Under the pieces are notes generated by a model, which was not told the DNA's origin, searched no databases, and saw only the letters and a list, made by a program, of their open reading frames with translations. A stretch of DNA of 64,000 nucleotides, taken from contig CM075989.1 of NCBI GenBank assembly GCA_038087875.1, positions 24,368,001 to 24,432,000 on the forward strand, read 5' to 3'. Origin of the DNA: Malacoraja senta (Eukaryota). Positions 13,177 through 25,690 of this stretch are shown one piece after another (the stretch's first letter is position 1; each line of letters opens with the position of its first letter). Made by a program: the position numbers and the translations under genes.

Positions 13177-14548
13177 TAAACATAGCAGCAGAGTTGATTA
13201 AGATGGAAGCAATCATCAGTATTGGAAGAAAACTTTGTTTTCCCCCAAGCTGAATTTAAAATGAAAGCGTTGAGTGGTGTTTCACACGACAGATGAGAGT
13301 GTGCATGGTTGTATGAGCTGTGGTGGAACAGCTGTTGGCCTGGGTACGAGAGCATTATTTATGGGGGTTGAGGGGAGAGTAACACAACTCCCCTGTGATG
13401 TTGCTGACGCTGTATTGCGTTACGTGCCATGCCCTGACCCGCACTTTTCTGGGAAAAGTGATGTGAGTCCTGTTCCCACCTGATGAGCACTTGGCCTTTA
13501 GGCAGCAGTGACGTCCCAGTCCCACACTGGAGCTCCATCATTCCACAGCCAGACAAACCGTAAGGGGGTGTTTATAATATTTACAGTGTTGGATGCAAAA
13601 ACCTGGTGATCGGGCATTAAATTGATGCCAACTATTCAATCTGTCATCAATGTGCAGCATTACGTAACGATCACCCACTACCACAGACTTGCTCAATGCT
13701 ATTTAGTACACACTCTCATTTTATTTCTGAAAATACTGTAATTTTAGTCTTGCCGTTGGAGTGGCTCGTCTGCCGAGACCGAATTGGCCCAAATTACTGC
13801 ACAGACATTCAGGAGACACTGGGATATGTCACAGGACTGAGTGGCCAGGATCCAGCCCTGTAAGGCAGCAACTCTACCGCTGCACCACCATGCCGCCCCA
13901 TATTTCATCGTTCCATATTCTTATTCCATCATTCATCAACATTTGCTTCCTGAATATCCCCTGACTCCTTATGGACCAACTCATCCTGTAACTTTCACAC
14001 CTCCACATTTTACAAGTCTCAAACATACGCTGCTCCAGTGCGGCTTTTGCTGTTCAACAATAAATCTCTGTCCAAACACACAAAAAACTCTCCTTTTAAA
14101 ATCAATAATTGATTTTAATGCGTTCCAGATTTACGCTTGGTTCAGTGATGGACAGGCCCATCGGTCCACTGAGTCCACGCCGAACATCGATCACCCATTC
14201 ACACTAGTTCTATGTTATCCCATCCTACACACTAGGGATGATTTACTGAAGCCAATTCACCTACAGACCTGTACGTCTTTGGCATGGGGGAGGAAACCAA
14301 AGATCTCAGAGAAAGCCCACACAGGTCACGGGGAGAACGTACAAACTCCGTACAGACAGCGCCCGTAGTCGGGATCGAACCTGGGTCTCTGGCGCTGCAA
14401 GGCAGCAACTCTACCGCTGTGCCACCGTGCCGCCCTAAATTTACATTTAATGTTCCGTAACAAATTTCAGAATCTTTTCATTTTGTGGCTAGTGTGTGTT
14501 TGAGTATGTTTAAACGTGGCGACTCTTTACTCTTTGTTTCTATGACAG

Positions 14549-14658
14549 TGTTCGGGCCGCTGTGTGGGTGATAAGGTCGCTGTCCAGCACCGGCAAGTCG
14601 TGTGTCGCTATACAAATGGAACTTCAGCTGCAAAGTCTACCTGTGAGAAAACAGAGAG
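14549..14658 (+). CDS. ADAMTSL3: ADAMTSL3 exon, TSP1 repeat (not in the ORF track)
   Basis: tctttgtttctatgacag acceptor, gtattg donor, phase 0-2. CSGRCVGDKVAVQHRQVVCRYTNGTSAAKSTCEKTER continues the WGE of the previous exon. Confidence 0.88.
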
Positions 14659-15854
14659 GTATTGGGGAAAACACCATCACAGACTGCGACACACTGCCTG
14701 GTGATAATACAGGCCAAACGCAGGCAGGTGGGACTAGTGTAGCTGGGACATTGTTGGCCGGTGTGGGCAAGTTGGGCCGAAGGGCCTGTTTCCACACTGT
14801 ATCACTCAATGACTATTCAAAATTCAACATCGGTGAAGCAAACACCTTTTGTCAAGTGTGCTTTTATTATGTCATGGATAATCAGTTTTGAATTGACTGA
14901 AACGTTTTCCTTTAAGTTAAATAAAGGATATCAACATTTAGAGTCACAGAGTGATACAGCATGGAAACATGCACTTCGGCCCAACATGCCCACACCGACC
15001 AACATGTCCTAGCTACACTAGTCCCACCTGCCCGCATTTGGTCCATATCCCTCTAAACCTGTCCTATCCATGTACCTGTCCAAATGTCTTTTAAATTTTG
15101 TGATAGTCCCTGCCTCAACTACCTCCTCTGGCAGCTCATTCCATACACCTACCACCCTTTGTGTAAAAAGGTTGCCTCTCAGGTTCTTATCTTTCCCCCC
15201 TCACCTTAACCTACAATGATAATTATTTGGAATTAGACATATCCTAAAAGTTAAGTACAAATGATGTTGACGTACTCAGCCAAGTACTGTAAATAACGGG
15301 TTTTAAGTCTCGGCAAGAAGCTAGCAGTTGTTCTGGCTGTGTCTAACACATGCTGGGGAGTTCACACTGTGGTTTAGAGGTCAGTGTCAGTGCCATGGAT
15401 TCACCATGAATGAGTACATCGTATCTACAGGCCCCTCATGTTTTACGCCTGTTTGATTTATGCATTTTTGAAATAATGTGCCTGATCTTTGATTTACACC
15501 CTCGTATATTGGGAATAACACGGTCCAACCTACACCTGGCAGTGTCGGCCAAATATGTTTAATTTATGCATGATGCGGTGCTTTTCATGAATGTGGCGTC
15601 TGTGTAAAGCACGAGGTATTTATTTATACCTGTATTGTATTTGTATAAATTTGTGGGACTTCCGGTCAGATATTTTGGTCAGAAATTGTCTTGGGGCTTC
15701 TTCACTCTAGGGTAAACAAATAAGTCGAATTATTTTTTCATGCAAGGGAGAAAGCCCAAGAATATTCCCACCAACCATTGCCCTGAAATTGATGCTGGTG
15801 TCTAAGGATCATATTCTATGTCCATTTTCCTTTTGTAAACTTCACAAAGGTCAA

Positions 15855-16660
15855 AGCAGCGAATTGCGGACGCAGCCCAGCCCGTCACACAAACCAACCT
15901 CCCTTCCATTGACTCCATCTACACGTCACGCTGCCTCGGCAAGGCCAGCAGCATAATCAAGGACGAGTCGCACCCTGGCCACTCCCTCTTCTCCCTCTCC
16001 CATCGGGGAAAAAAGTATAGAAGTGTGAAAATGCACACCTCTGGATTCAGGGATAGTTTCTTCCCAGCTGTTATCAGGCAACTGAATCATCCTACCACAA
16101 CCAGAGAGCAGTGCTGAACTACTATCGACCTCTTTGGTGACTCTCGGACTATCCTCGACTGGACTTTGCTGACTTTACCTTGCACTAAACAATAATCCTT
16201 TATCATGTATCTATGCACTGTAAATGGCTCTGTTGTAATAGAAACATAGAAAATATGTGCAGGAGTAGGCCATTCGGCCCTTCGAGCCAGCACTGCCATT
16301 CAATATGATCATGGCTGATCATCCAAAATCAGTACCCCGTTCCTGCTTTCTCCCCATACCTCTTGATTCCTTTAGCCCTAAGAGCTAAATCTAACTCTCT
16401 CTTGAAAACATCAGTCAATTGGCCTCCATTGCCTTCAGTGGCAGAGAATTCCACAGATTCACAACTCTCTGGGTGAAAATGTTTTTCCTCATCTCAATCC
16501 TAAATGACCGACCCCATATTTTTAAACTGTGACCCCTGGTTCTGGACTCGCCCAACATCGGGAATCATGTATAGTCTTTCTGCTGACTGGTTAGCACGCG
16601 ACAAAAAACTTTTCACTGTACCTCGGTACACGTGACAATAAACTAAACTGAACTGAACTC
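15855..16660 (+). mobile_element. Rex1/Babar-type LINE 3' end, interrupted by a CR1 fragment (16240-16563, -)
   Basis: LPSIDSIYTSRCLGKASSIIKDESHPGHSLFS...RDSFFPAVIRQLN, then a UTR ending cactgtacctcggtacacgtgacaataaactaaa. UTR-only copies at about 7338, 9420, 19005, 19780, 29380, 46994 and 52117. Confidence 0.8.
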
Positions 16661-16728
16661 CCAAACCATCACTTGCCTTTGTCCACAGCTGCTGCATAAC
16701 AGTGAGTAACAGTGTTTGTATCCCCCAG

Positions 16729-16943
16729 GCCAGCTACAGCCAGACGGTGTGCGTCGGAGAGGTGTGATGTGCAGTGGAGAGCGGGCCAGTGGAGACAGTG
16801 CGCGGCCACCTGTGGCAGTGGTTTCCAGTCCCGGCGGGTCGCCTGTGTCCACAACAAACATCACAGGGCAGTGCCCAACCAACACTGTGGGTGGCAGCAA
16901 CGCCCCATCACATGGCAGCATTGCAACATCACCAGCTGTGACA
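16729..16943 (+). CDS. ADAMTSL3: ADAMTSL3 exon, last TSP1 repeat
   Basis: tcccccag acceptor, gtaagt donor, phase 2-1. QWRAGQWRQCAATCGSGFQSRRVAC...WQHCNITSCD. Confidence 0.92.
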
Positions 16944-18304
16944 GTAAGTAGTTTTACCTCGCAACACAAATAAAACCGGCGGCACGATGGCGCAGCGGGT
17001 AGAGCAGCTGCCTCACAGCGCCAGAGATCCCGGTTCAATCCTAACTACGGGTGCTGTCTGTACAGTTTGTACCTTCTCCCCGTGACCGCATGGGTTTTCT
17101 CCGGGTGCTCCGGTTTCCTCCCACACTCCAGGTTTGTAGGTTAATTGGCTTCTGTAAATTGCCCCTAGTGTGTTGATAGAACTAGTGGTGCAGCGGTAGA
17201 GTTGCTGCCTTACAGCGAACCGCATGGGTTTTCTCCGGGTGCTCTGGTTTCCTCCCACACTCCAAAGATGTACAGGTTTGTAGGTTAATTGGCTTGGTAA
17301 ATGTAAAAATTATCCTTAGTGGGTGTAGGATAGTGTTAATGTGCGGGGATCGCTGGTTGGCGCGGACCCGGTGGGCTGGAGGTCCTGTTTCCAACGCTGT
17401 GTCTCTAAATTAAACAAAACAAACTTTTATAAGACAGATAGAAGGTTTATCTTCAAATATGATGCAGGAAGAAATTTCAATTTCTTTCAGAGGTATTTCT
17501 TTAACCGGGGGATGGTGAATCTGTGGAATTCATTGCCACAGACGGCTGTGGAGGCCGACTCTTGGGGTATCTTTAAAGCAGAGGTTGACGGGTTCTTGAT
17601 TAGTGCGGGTGTCAGAGGCTATGGGGAGAAGGCGGGAGAATGGGGTTGAGAGGGAAAGATAGATCAGCCATGCTTGAATGGTGGAGTAGACTTGATGGGC
17701 CGGATGGTCTAATTCTGCTCCTGTGTCTTATGGCCTAATCAGATAATTAGTGATGATCATAAGGGTGCAGTTTTCTCATGTGAGATACAATGTGGTAAAT
17801 GGAGCAGTGAATGAGTTTGCGATCTTCACCTGACGACGATGTCAGTTATTGATCAATTGGCCGATACTTTACATCACATGACCTTGAAACAGTGAAATTC
17901 TATGTTTTACAAACAATACGCAAAGTATGCAGAGTCGCCACGTGGAGCGCCAACGTGGTTACAAAAATATTCATTATACTCCCGATAATCTCTCTTCCTT
18001 CTTGCCCCCATGCCCCCCCCCCCCCCCGATACCCTCTGTTCTCAGCAGCATGTCCTCAACTGACTGCTGCGACTCACGCGGGTGTTAGCCCTCCTCCCTC
18101 CTCGACGATCTCCTCGCTCCCCAACGGCCTCTCTCTCTCTCTCTCTCTCTCGGTTCCCCCCCCTCCCGTCTCTCCCGCACCCCCCCCTCGATCTCTCCCA
18201 CGGCCCCCCTCCACTCCCACCGACGGCCCCCCTCACTCGCCCGTCCCTCCATTCTCTCTCCCCCTCGCCCGGCTACAACTTGAGATCTGCATGTGTTGTT
18301 TCAG

Positions 18305-18420
18305 CTGCGGACGGAGAGTGCAGCGACACAATGCGTTACTGTGCACTGGTGCAACGTCTGATGCTGTGCCACCTGAACACCTACAAACACAGATGCTGCA
18401 AGTCCTGCAGGCTGCTTTAG
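18305..18420 (+). CDS. ADAMTSL3: ADAMTSL3 terminal coding exon, PLAC domain
   Basis: ttgtttcag acceptor, phase 1. ECSDTMRYCALVQRLMLCHLNTYKHRCCKSC has the 6-Cys PLAC pattern, then TAG at 18418-18420. Confidence 0.92.
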
Positions 18421-19992
18421 TTTGCACACACCGCTGCTCGCTGCACCATTAGACTGTGGACCGACGTATACACAACCAGCCCCCTGTCGCTGAACAGAAT
18501 GCAGTGGAACCTGGAGACACCAGATCCCAGAGGAGGTGTTAATTATGTTGTAAATCTGCTTGTACAGAAATGCTGCTCATTGTATCGGTAAAATATGTAG
18601 CATCCGATTCTCAGACAAAGAACTGCTCAAGTGTTCTTGTCTTTTGGAATCTAACGTGGACTTGTTGTGCCAATGTATTCCCCATCACCAAAGATAAGTG
18701 TTTAGGTGGCAGCACCGAGGCTGGGGTGTGAAATATTTACTGCAAGCCGCAGACAAAACTTCTAAACGTACAGGTATCCTTGGAGGCAGGAGGAAACTGG
18801 CAATCCAGGTGAGTTGGTCGTCCTTCATCATCGTGTTGAATCCTAACCTTTCACATTTGAGATTCCAGATTATGTTTTATCTGAATTAGCAGCCAATCAT
18901 GAACATAAAGTATCCCGTCATTTAGATGTTTAACTTGTAGACAGCTGTCATGGCAGCTGCTTTAAACCAAGCAAGGCCTATCTGCAAATCTACTCCATAT
19001 TCACAGTTTAGTTTATTGTCAGGTGTATCGAGGTACAGTGAAAAGCTTTTCTGTTGCGTGCTAACCAGTCAGCAGAAAGACAATAGATGATTACAATCGG
19101 GCCATTTACAGTGTATAGATACAGGATAAGGAAATAGTGTTTAGTGCAAGGTAAAGCCAGCAGAGTCCGATCAAGGATAGTTCAAGGGTCTACAATGTGG
19201 TAGATAGTAGTTCAGGACTGCTCTCTGAGTGTGGTGGGATGATTTGAAGCAAATGCAGGCAATAGTCCAGGTGTTACAGGCCAGCCCAGCCTATGCTGCC
19301 ATCCAAGTATTAGTTTATGTTCTAGGAGCAGAATTAGGCCATTCGGCCCATCAAGTCTACTCCGCCATTCAATCATGGCTGATCTATCTCTCCCTCCTAA
19401 CTCCATTCTCCTGCCTTCTCTGACACCCGTACTAATCAATAGCAGAGTTAGCAGATCAGCAAACATTAGCAGTGTGAATACATTGGATTCACTTTATTCA
19501 ACTTAATTATAAAATGATACAAGGTTTGCTGCAGGTAAACTGTGTTTGTGGGAAAATTTTGTAAGGACAATCTCACTGATCACTCTTTGATTTTTAATAC
19601 AATGGAGTTAGACAGCGTGGAAACATGCCCTTCAACCAACCACATCCATGAACACAAAAGGACACAAAGTGCTGGAGTAACTCGGCAGGTCAGGCAGCAT
19701 CTCTGGGGAATGCACCACAGATGCTGCCTGACCTGCTGAGTTATTCCAGGACTTTGTGTCCTTAACCTCGCCACCATCAACTAGTGTGTGGTGCTGACCT
19801 CCCATCTATCTCATTGGAGGCCCTCAGTCTTTCATCGGACTTTACCTTACACTAAATGTTATTCCCTTTATCCTGTATCTGTACACTGTGGACGGCTCGA
19901 TTATAATCATGTATAGTCTTTCTGCTGGCTGGACAGCATGCAACAAAAAGCTTTTCACTGTAGGCGCCAATAATCTAAACTAAAGTTCTTAA

Positions 19993-20311
19993 ACGGCCTG
20001 ACCCACATACGCGACTTTTTCGACGACTGCCGGCGCCCATCGTAGGTCGCCGAAAATTTCAAACATGTTGAAAATTCAGCAGCGACCAGAAAGACGCTAC
20101 GACTCTTTGGGTGACTAGGAGACGACTCACGACCATACAGGCGACATGTCACGGGGTGAAGCCTGAATGGTCGTGAGTAGTCGCCCAAAGAGTCGTACCT
20201 TGCTCTGGTCGCCGATGGATTTTCAACACGTTGAAAATTTTCGGCGACCTGCAACGACCTATGACGGGTGCCAGCAGTCACTGAAAAAGTGGCGTAAGTG
20301 GGACAGGCCCT
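19993..20311. mobile_element. Palindromic MITE, TIR (A)GGGCCTGTCCCACTT, TA-rich target (Harbinger- or Kolobok-like)
   Basis: Terminal inverted repeats flanked by TAA on both sides; internal inverted gtcgccg..ttcaacaygttgaaa..gcgacc modules. Confidence 0.8.
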
Positions 20312-21247
20312 TAATTGTTGCTCTTTGCAACCAAAATGAGTGCTGAGAATTGACGCCTCACCGTTACAATGGCAGGTACAGTTCAGTGCACGGACTGATG
20401 TCGGGCAGAATCCAAATGTGCCAGAATGCTGCGTCAGCACATTTAAAAAAAACAAAGGCAGTAAATAGCTCTTAAATTTCGGCCTGCCTCCATATCTGAC
20501 ATTTCCAGTGAAGCTGTCCAGCAGCAATACAGCGATTAAAAATGATTTGATTTCACTGAATATAAAAATCATGTAAAAACTGAAAAAAGTCGAATATTTA
20601 CATAGTGTTTGAAAAAGCAATAAGTACTGTACAGTGGATTGATTGAACACATATATTTCTTTTAGTGATATCATTCCGAGATCACTTGGAAATAAATCGT
20701 GTAACTCTAAACATTGCTTGCATTTGGAGCTGGTCACATGAAACTTCTCCCCTCAAAATAACACGAACGCTGGTTTCTTGTGACATCTCAATGAGTAATG
20801 AACTCATATAAAAGCTCAGGTTTCACTTATTTATAATGTGCAAGCTCAGCCCAGAGCCATTTCATTCCGTTTGCTTCAATATCATCTAATTTCATTCTCA
20901 AAATGTTGTTCCTTCCCCTGAAGCCAAGGGCATGGTCCATTAAACACAGCCCATTGGACATGGTCCATTAAACATGGCCCATTGGACAGACTAGATGCAA
21001 GAAAAATGTTCCCGATGTTGGGGGAGTCCAGAACCAGGGGTCACACAGTTTAAGAATAAGGGGTTGGCCATTTAGGATTCAGATGAGGAAAAAATACATC
21101 ACCCAGAGAGTTGTGAATCTGTGGAATTCTCTGCCACAGAAGGCAGTGGAGGCCAATTCACTGGATGTTTTCAAGAGAGAGTTAGATTTAGCTCTTAGGG
21201 CTAAGGGATATGGGGAGAAAGCAGGAATGGGGTACTGATTCTGGATG

Positions 21248-21783
21248 TGAAAGAAAGAACTTCAGATGCTAGTTTAAATCGAAGGTAGACACAAAATTCT
21301 GGAGTAACTCAGCGGGTGAGGCAGCATCTCTGGAGAGAAGGAATGGGCGACGTTTTGGGTCAAAACCCTTCAGACTGATGTCAGGGGAGGGGGCGGGACA
21401 AAGATAGAATGTAGGCGGGGGCAGTAAGATTAGTGGGAAAACTGGGAAGGGGAAGGGGATGGAGAGAGAAAGCAAGGACTATCTGAAGTTAGAGAAGTCA
21501 ATGTTCATATCGCTGGGGTGTAAACTACCCAAGGTGCTGTTCCTCCAATGTGCGCTTGGACTCACTCTGACAATGGAGGAGGCCCAGGACAGAAAGGTCA
21601 GATTGGGAATGGGAGGGGGAATTGAAGTGCTGAGCCACCGGGTGATCAGGTAGGTTAAGACGGACTGAACGGACGCGTTCAGTGAAACGATCGCCAGGCC
21701 TGCGCTTGGTCTCGCCGATGTAGAGAAGTTGACACCTGGAACAGCGGATGCAGTAGATGAGGTTGGAGGAGGTGCAAGTGATC
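21248..21783 (-). mobile_element. Penelope-like 3' fragment (GIY-YIG + pLTR) nested in a CR1 tail
   Basis: Minus strand encodes CTSSNLIYCIRCSRCQLLYIGETKRR, homologous to 46460-46769. 13-bp TSD CTGATTCTGGATG at 21235-21247 and 21784-21796. Confidence 0.9.
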
Positions 21784-24700
21784 CTGATTCTGGATGATCA
21801 GCCATGATCACATTGAATGGTGGTGCTGGCTCAAAGGGCTGAATGACCAACTCCTGCACCTATTTTCTATGTTTTATGTTTGTAAACCCTGTTCTCTGGC
21901 GATCACTGTATCTGTAGTGGAGAGTCAGGCACAGCCAAATAGTTCTCTAGTTTTAGTTTAGTCTTTTTGTTCTTAGTTTAGAGATACAGCGCGGAAATAG
22001 TCCTCCGGCCCACTAGTCCTCCGCTAGTCCGCGCCGACCAGCGATCCCCCATTCACTTTCGCTATCCTACACACACTCGGGACAATTTACCTTTTTTTCC
22101 CCTGAAGTCAATAAACCTAGAAACCTTCACGTCTTTGGAGTGTTGGAGGGAAACGGATCACCCAGAGAAAACCCACGTGGTCACAGGGAGAACGTACAAA
22201 CTCCGTACAGACAGCACCCGTAGTCAGGATGGAACCTTGGTCTCTGGTGCTGTGAGGCAGCTGTAACTCAGCCAATGTGTTGCCCTATCTTTGATCGCTC
22301 TTCCTTGGTGAGGTTGTACTTTGCCTGGTACCTTCCCACATCGGGGCGATTAAGCTCCCGCATCGGGGGGATCTTAGCTCCCCCGTGCCGGGCGATCGGA
22401 CCCCGGGTCGGGGCGAGTCGAACTTCCTGCACTTGGAGCTTCCCGACATCAGTCACTACCCGAGACTGCGAACTCCTCGATGCTGAAATCCGCAGGCCGC
22501 AGTTGGAGCGTCGATCCCAGGGAAGGGATCGCAGGCTCCGATAGTAAGTCCACGGCCCCACGGTGGAGCTCCAAGTCAGTCTCGAGCAAGGCCTCCATCT
22601 CCATGATGTTTGGCCGCAGATCGACCGGAGATACGATCTGGAAAACAATCGCATCTCCGGCAAGGTAAGCGATTGCAAAAATAAATTCCCCCACCCCCGA
22701 CATAAAACAAACCAGAGAACACTAAAACATACTCTTTAACATGGACTTAAAATAACAAAACAGAGGAAAGGACAGACAGAATGTTGGCGAGGCAGCCATT
22801 GCCGGCGCCACCTTGTGAGCTGAGTGGGAGATATGCAGGAAACGAGTGATATGGATCACATGTAGGCAGAAGAGATTCATTTACTTTGGCAGCATGTTCA
22901 GCATGGAGCCGAAGGGCTTGTTGCTGTGCTGGTCTGTCTCGACAGTATACTGTATGTTGCTATTCTTCTTATCTAAGAATGTATCTGAGTAAACTGATAT
23001 CATTAACAATATATTCCAACTTTATGCTCCATATTTCAAATCACCCTTACCAGCCCTTGCGTTTCCACCAAACAATGACTAATGCATAGTCTTCTGAGAT
23101 TTATTACAATACATGTTTGGCTGCAATTAAGATGACAGAATATTTTCCTGATCAGTTAAATCAAATGTGAAATGCAAATTGCAATATAAAATTGCAGCAA
23201 AATAAATATTTCTGCATCCAGATTTCTCTAAATCTCTGAATAGCTCAGTAAATGGGTTTAAAATATACGACGGAAATATTAGCACTGTAGCCGCAATGCA
23301 TGTTATCAATAACTCATGCTGTGGGCCTGACAAGATTTCGTTGATTTAATAATAAAAATTTACGTCGAGATTTTTTTAACGTGACTCAAATTTTCCTTGC
23401 ATTCCTTCTTAATGTCAAATAATAGTCAAGGATTCAAAAATATACAGCTGCGTTTTATATTTGGTGAACAGCATTACCATGCGGTGATTTTCAATCTCGC
23501 CTTTACCTTATTGAAGGGAATAAAGGTAAAAGATGAAATAAGTAGCAAGGAACTGCAGATGCTGGTTTAAACCGAAGTGAGACACCAAAAGCTGGAGTAA
23601 CTCAGCGGGTCAGACAGCATCTCTGGAGAGAAAAGGAACAGGTGACGTTTTGGGCAAGACCCTTCTTCCTTTTCTCCAGAGATGCTGTCTGACCCGCTGA
23701 GTTACTCCAGCTTTTGGTGTCTATCCTTGACAGGAACTGTTAGGTCAATCTAAAGCCATAGTTTCGTTGCCAGTTTCCAGAATAAATACAATTCTTGATA
23801 AATTTATGGAAAATATGTGCAGAGAAGTATAAACTAATCTAGCAAATGTAAGTCACACAAATAATTGTGCTGTGTATTATATTTAAATTGAACTTCATAA
23901 ATTAGAAAATAGTACAATAAGTTTGCTGAACCTCGGTTGGTAAATAATTGAATGAGTGTTCGGCGAGAAGGCTTTTATTTGTGGATAAACAACAGTATTA
24001 TAGGCAGTGGAAATACTTACCATTTGTTCATATTTGTGCATTTATGTATTGTCCAATTATGTTTGTGTATACAGCTGTTTTAAGTTGGTCTTTTCCCAGA
24101 TTAGGATCCTGGGCAATCGGGGAAATACCCCGTCATTTTACTTTCTCCAAATTATTAATGCCTCGTGACCCTTTTAAGAAAAGTTATGCATAAATTGTAA
24201 TAATTGTAGCATATTACTTGTACATATTTATTTTTCTGTTATGAAGTGCAATACTGAATACTGTACATTGTGTGTTATAAAGAATATTTTTGTTGGGACT
24301 TATCTTTGACTACCATAGCTTTTCTTCCAAATTGCTTTTCACTTCCTATTTAACATTATAATGCTCGTAGCTACGTTATGCACATCAAATCTGTCTCTTT
24401 TTTTCAGACATAGCAATGCACGTTACCTGGTAATGAAATTATCCCATGGTCAGGGTTTGGGAGGAATTACCTGAAGCAGTGCTAAATGCGAGGGGAATCG
24501 AAAGTGCTGCCCATTGACACCCTGGAGTCATTAACACTTTAAAAGCAGGCGCATAACAACTAGGCAATCTGGTGTTTTGCACTAAGGCCGAGTGCTCATT
24601 CTTGCCTTTGAGGGAGTGCAGCGTTGGTTCACCAGGTTAATTCCCGGGATGGCAGGACTGACATATGATGAAAGAATGGATCGACTGGGCTTATATTCAC

Positions 24701-24932
24701 TAGAATTTAGAAGGATGAGAGGGAATCTTGTAGAAAAAATCTTAAGGGATTGGACAGGCTAGATGCAGGAAAAATGTTCCCGATGTTGGGTGAGAAGCAG
24801 GTGTCACAGTTTAAGAATAAAGGGTCGGCCATTTAGGACTGAGATGAGGAAAAACTTTTTCACCCCGAGAGTTGTGAATCTGTGGAATTCTCTGCCACAG
24901 AAGGCAGTGGAAGCTGATTCACTGGATGATTT

Positions 24933-25690
24933 CAGAATCGGAATCAGAATTACACTTTATTCGCCAAGTATGTTTTGCAACATACAAAGAATTTAATTGG
25001 CCAGATCAGTCATACAATTAAAAGCAACAGATCAATCAAAAACACATTTTAACATGAACATCCACCACAGTGACTCCTACACATTCCTCACTGTGATGGA
25101 AGGCGAAATAAAGTTCAAGTCCTTCCCTTAGTTCTTCCTCGGTCCTGGGCCTCGAGCCTCCGTTGACAAGACGATCTTCACTCCCGTAGCTGGCGGCGTT
25201 TGGGCCCTCCACGTTGAGGCGATCCGCTCCCGCATCGGGGGGGATGTCGGCTCCCCCAAGCCGAGCGATCGAACCTCGCGTCGGGGCTGGTGAACCTTCT
25301 GCGACGTTGGAGCTCCCGACTCGGCCTCACCCGAGACGGCAAGCCCTTGATGTTGATTCCGCAGTGGTCACGGTGGGAGCGATCCCAGGCAAGGGATCAG
25401 CTCCGATGTTAAGTCCGCGCCCCGCGGTGGGGCTCACGACAGTCCGAGGAGGCTCCCAGCTCCAGCGATGGAAGGCCGCAGAGCCCGGAGAATGTGATCC
25501 AAAATTGATCACATCTCCAGGAAGGTAAGAAACTGAAGAAAAAACGTTTCCCCCGATCCCCTCCCCCCACATAACACAAACCGGAGAACATCTAAACAAA
25601 ATTTTAACGAACTAAAAAATAACAAAAAGAAAGAAAATACAAACAGACTGCCGATAGGGCAGCCATCTCCCCGACGCCCCTGGTGGTATA
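24933..25690 (-). mobile_element. GC-rich non-coding retroposon nested in a CR1 fragment; partial second copy at about 22310-22812
   Basis: CR1 sequence stops at 24932 and resumes at 25691. The minus strand ends in aataaa plus a (ttctga)-like tail. Colinear similarity with 22310-22812. Confidence 0.72.

Noticed and set aside
13274..13556. Possible extra exon or conserved element in an ADAMTSL3 intron
   Set aside because: The flanking exons already join in phase to complete the TSP1 repeat, and no motif or family was recognised.
17892..18304. Proline-rich ORF extension upstream of the PLAC exon
   Set aside because: C/CT-rich intronic low-complexity sequence; the phase-compatible acceptor is at 18303-18304.
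19955..20737. 260-aa minus-strand ORF
   Set aside because: Starts at a non-ATG codon, runs through a MITE and AT-rich UTR-like DNA, and has no recognisable domain.
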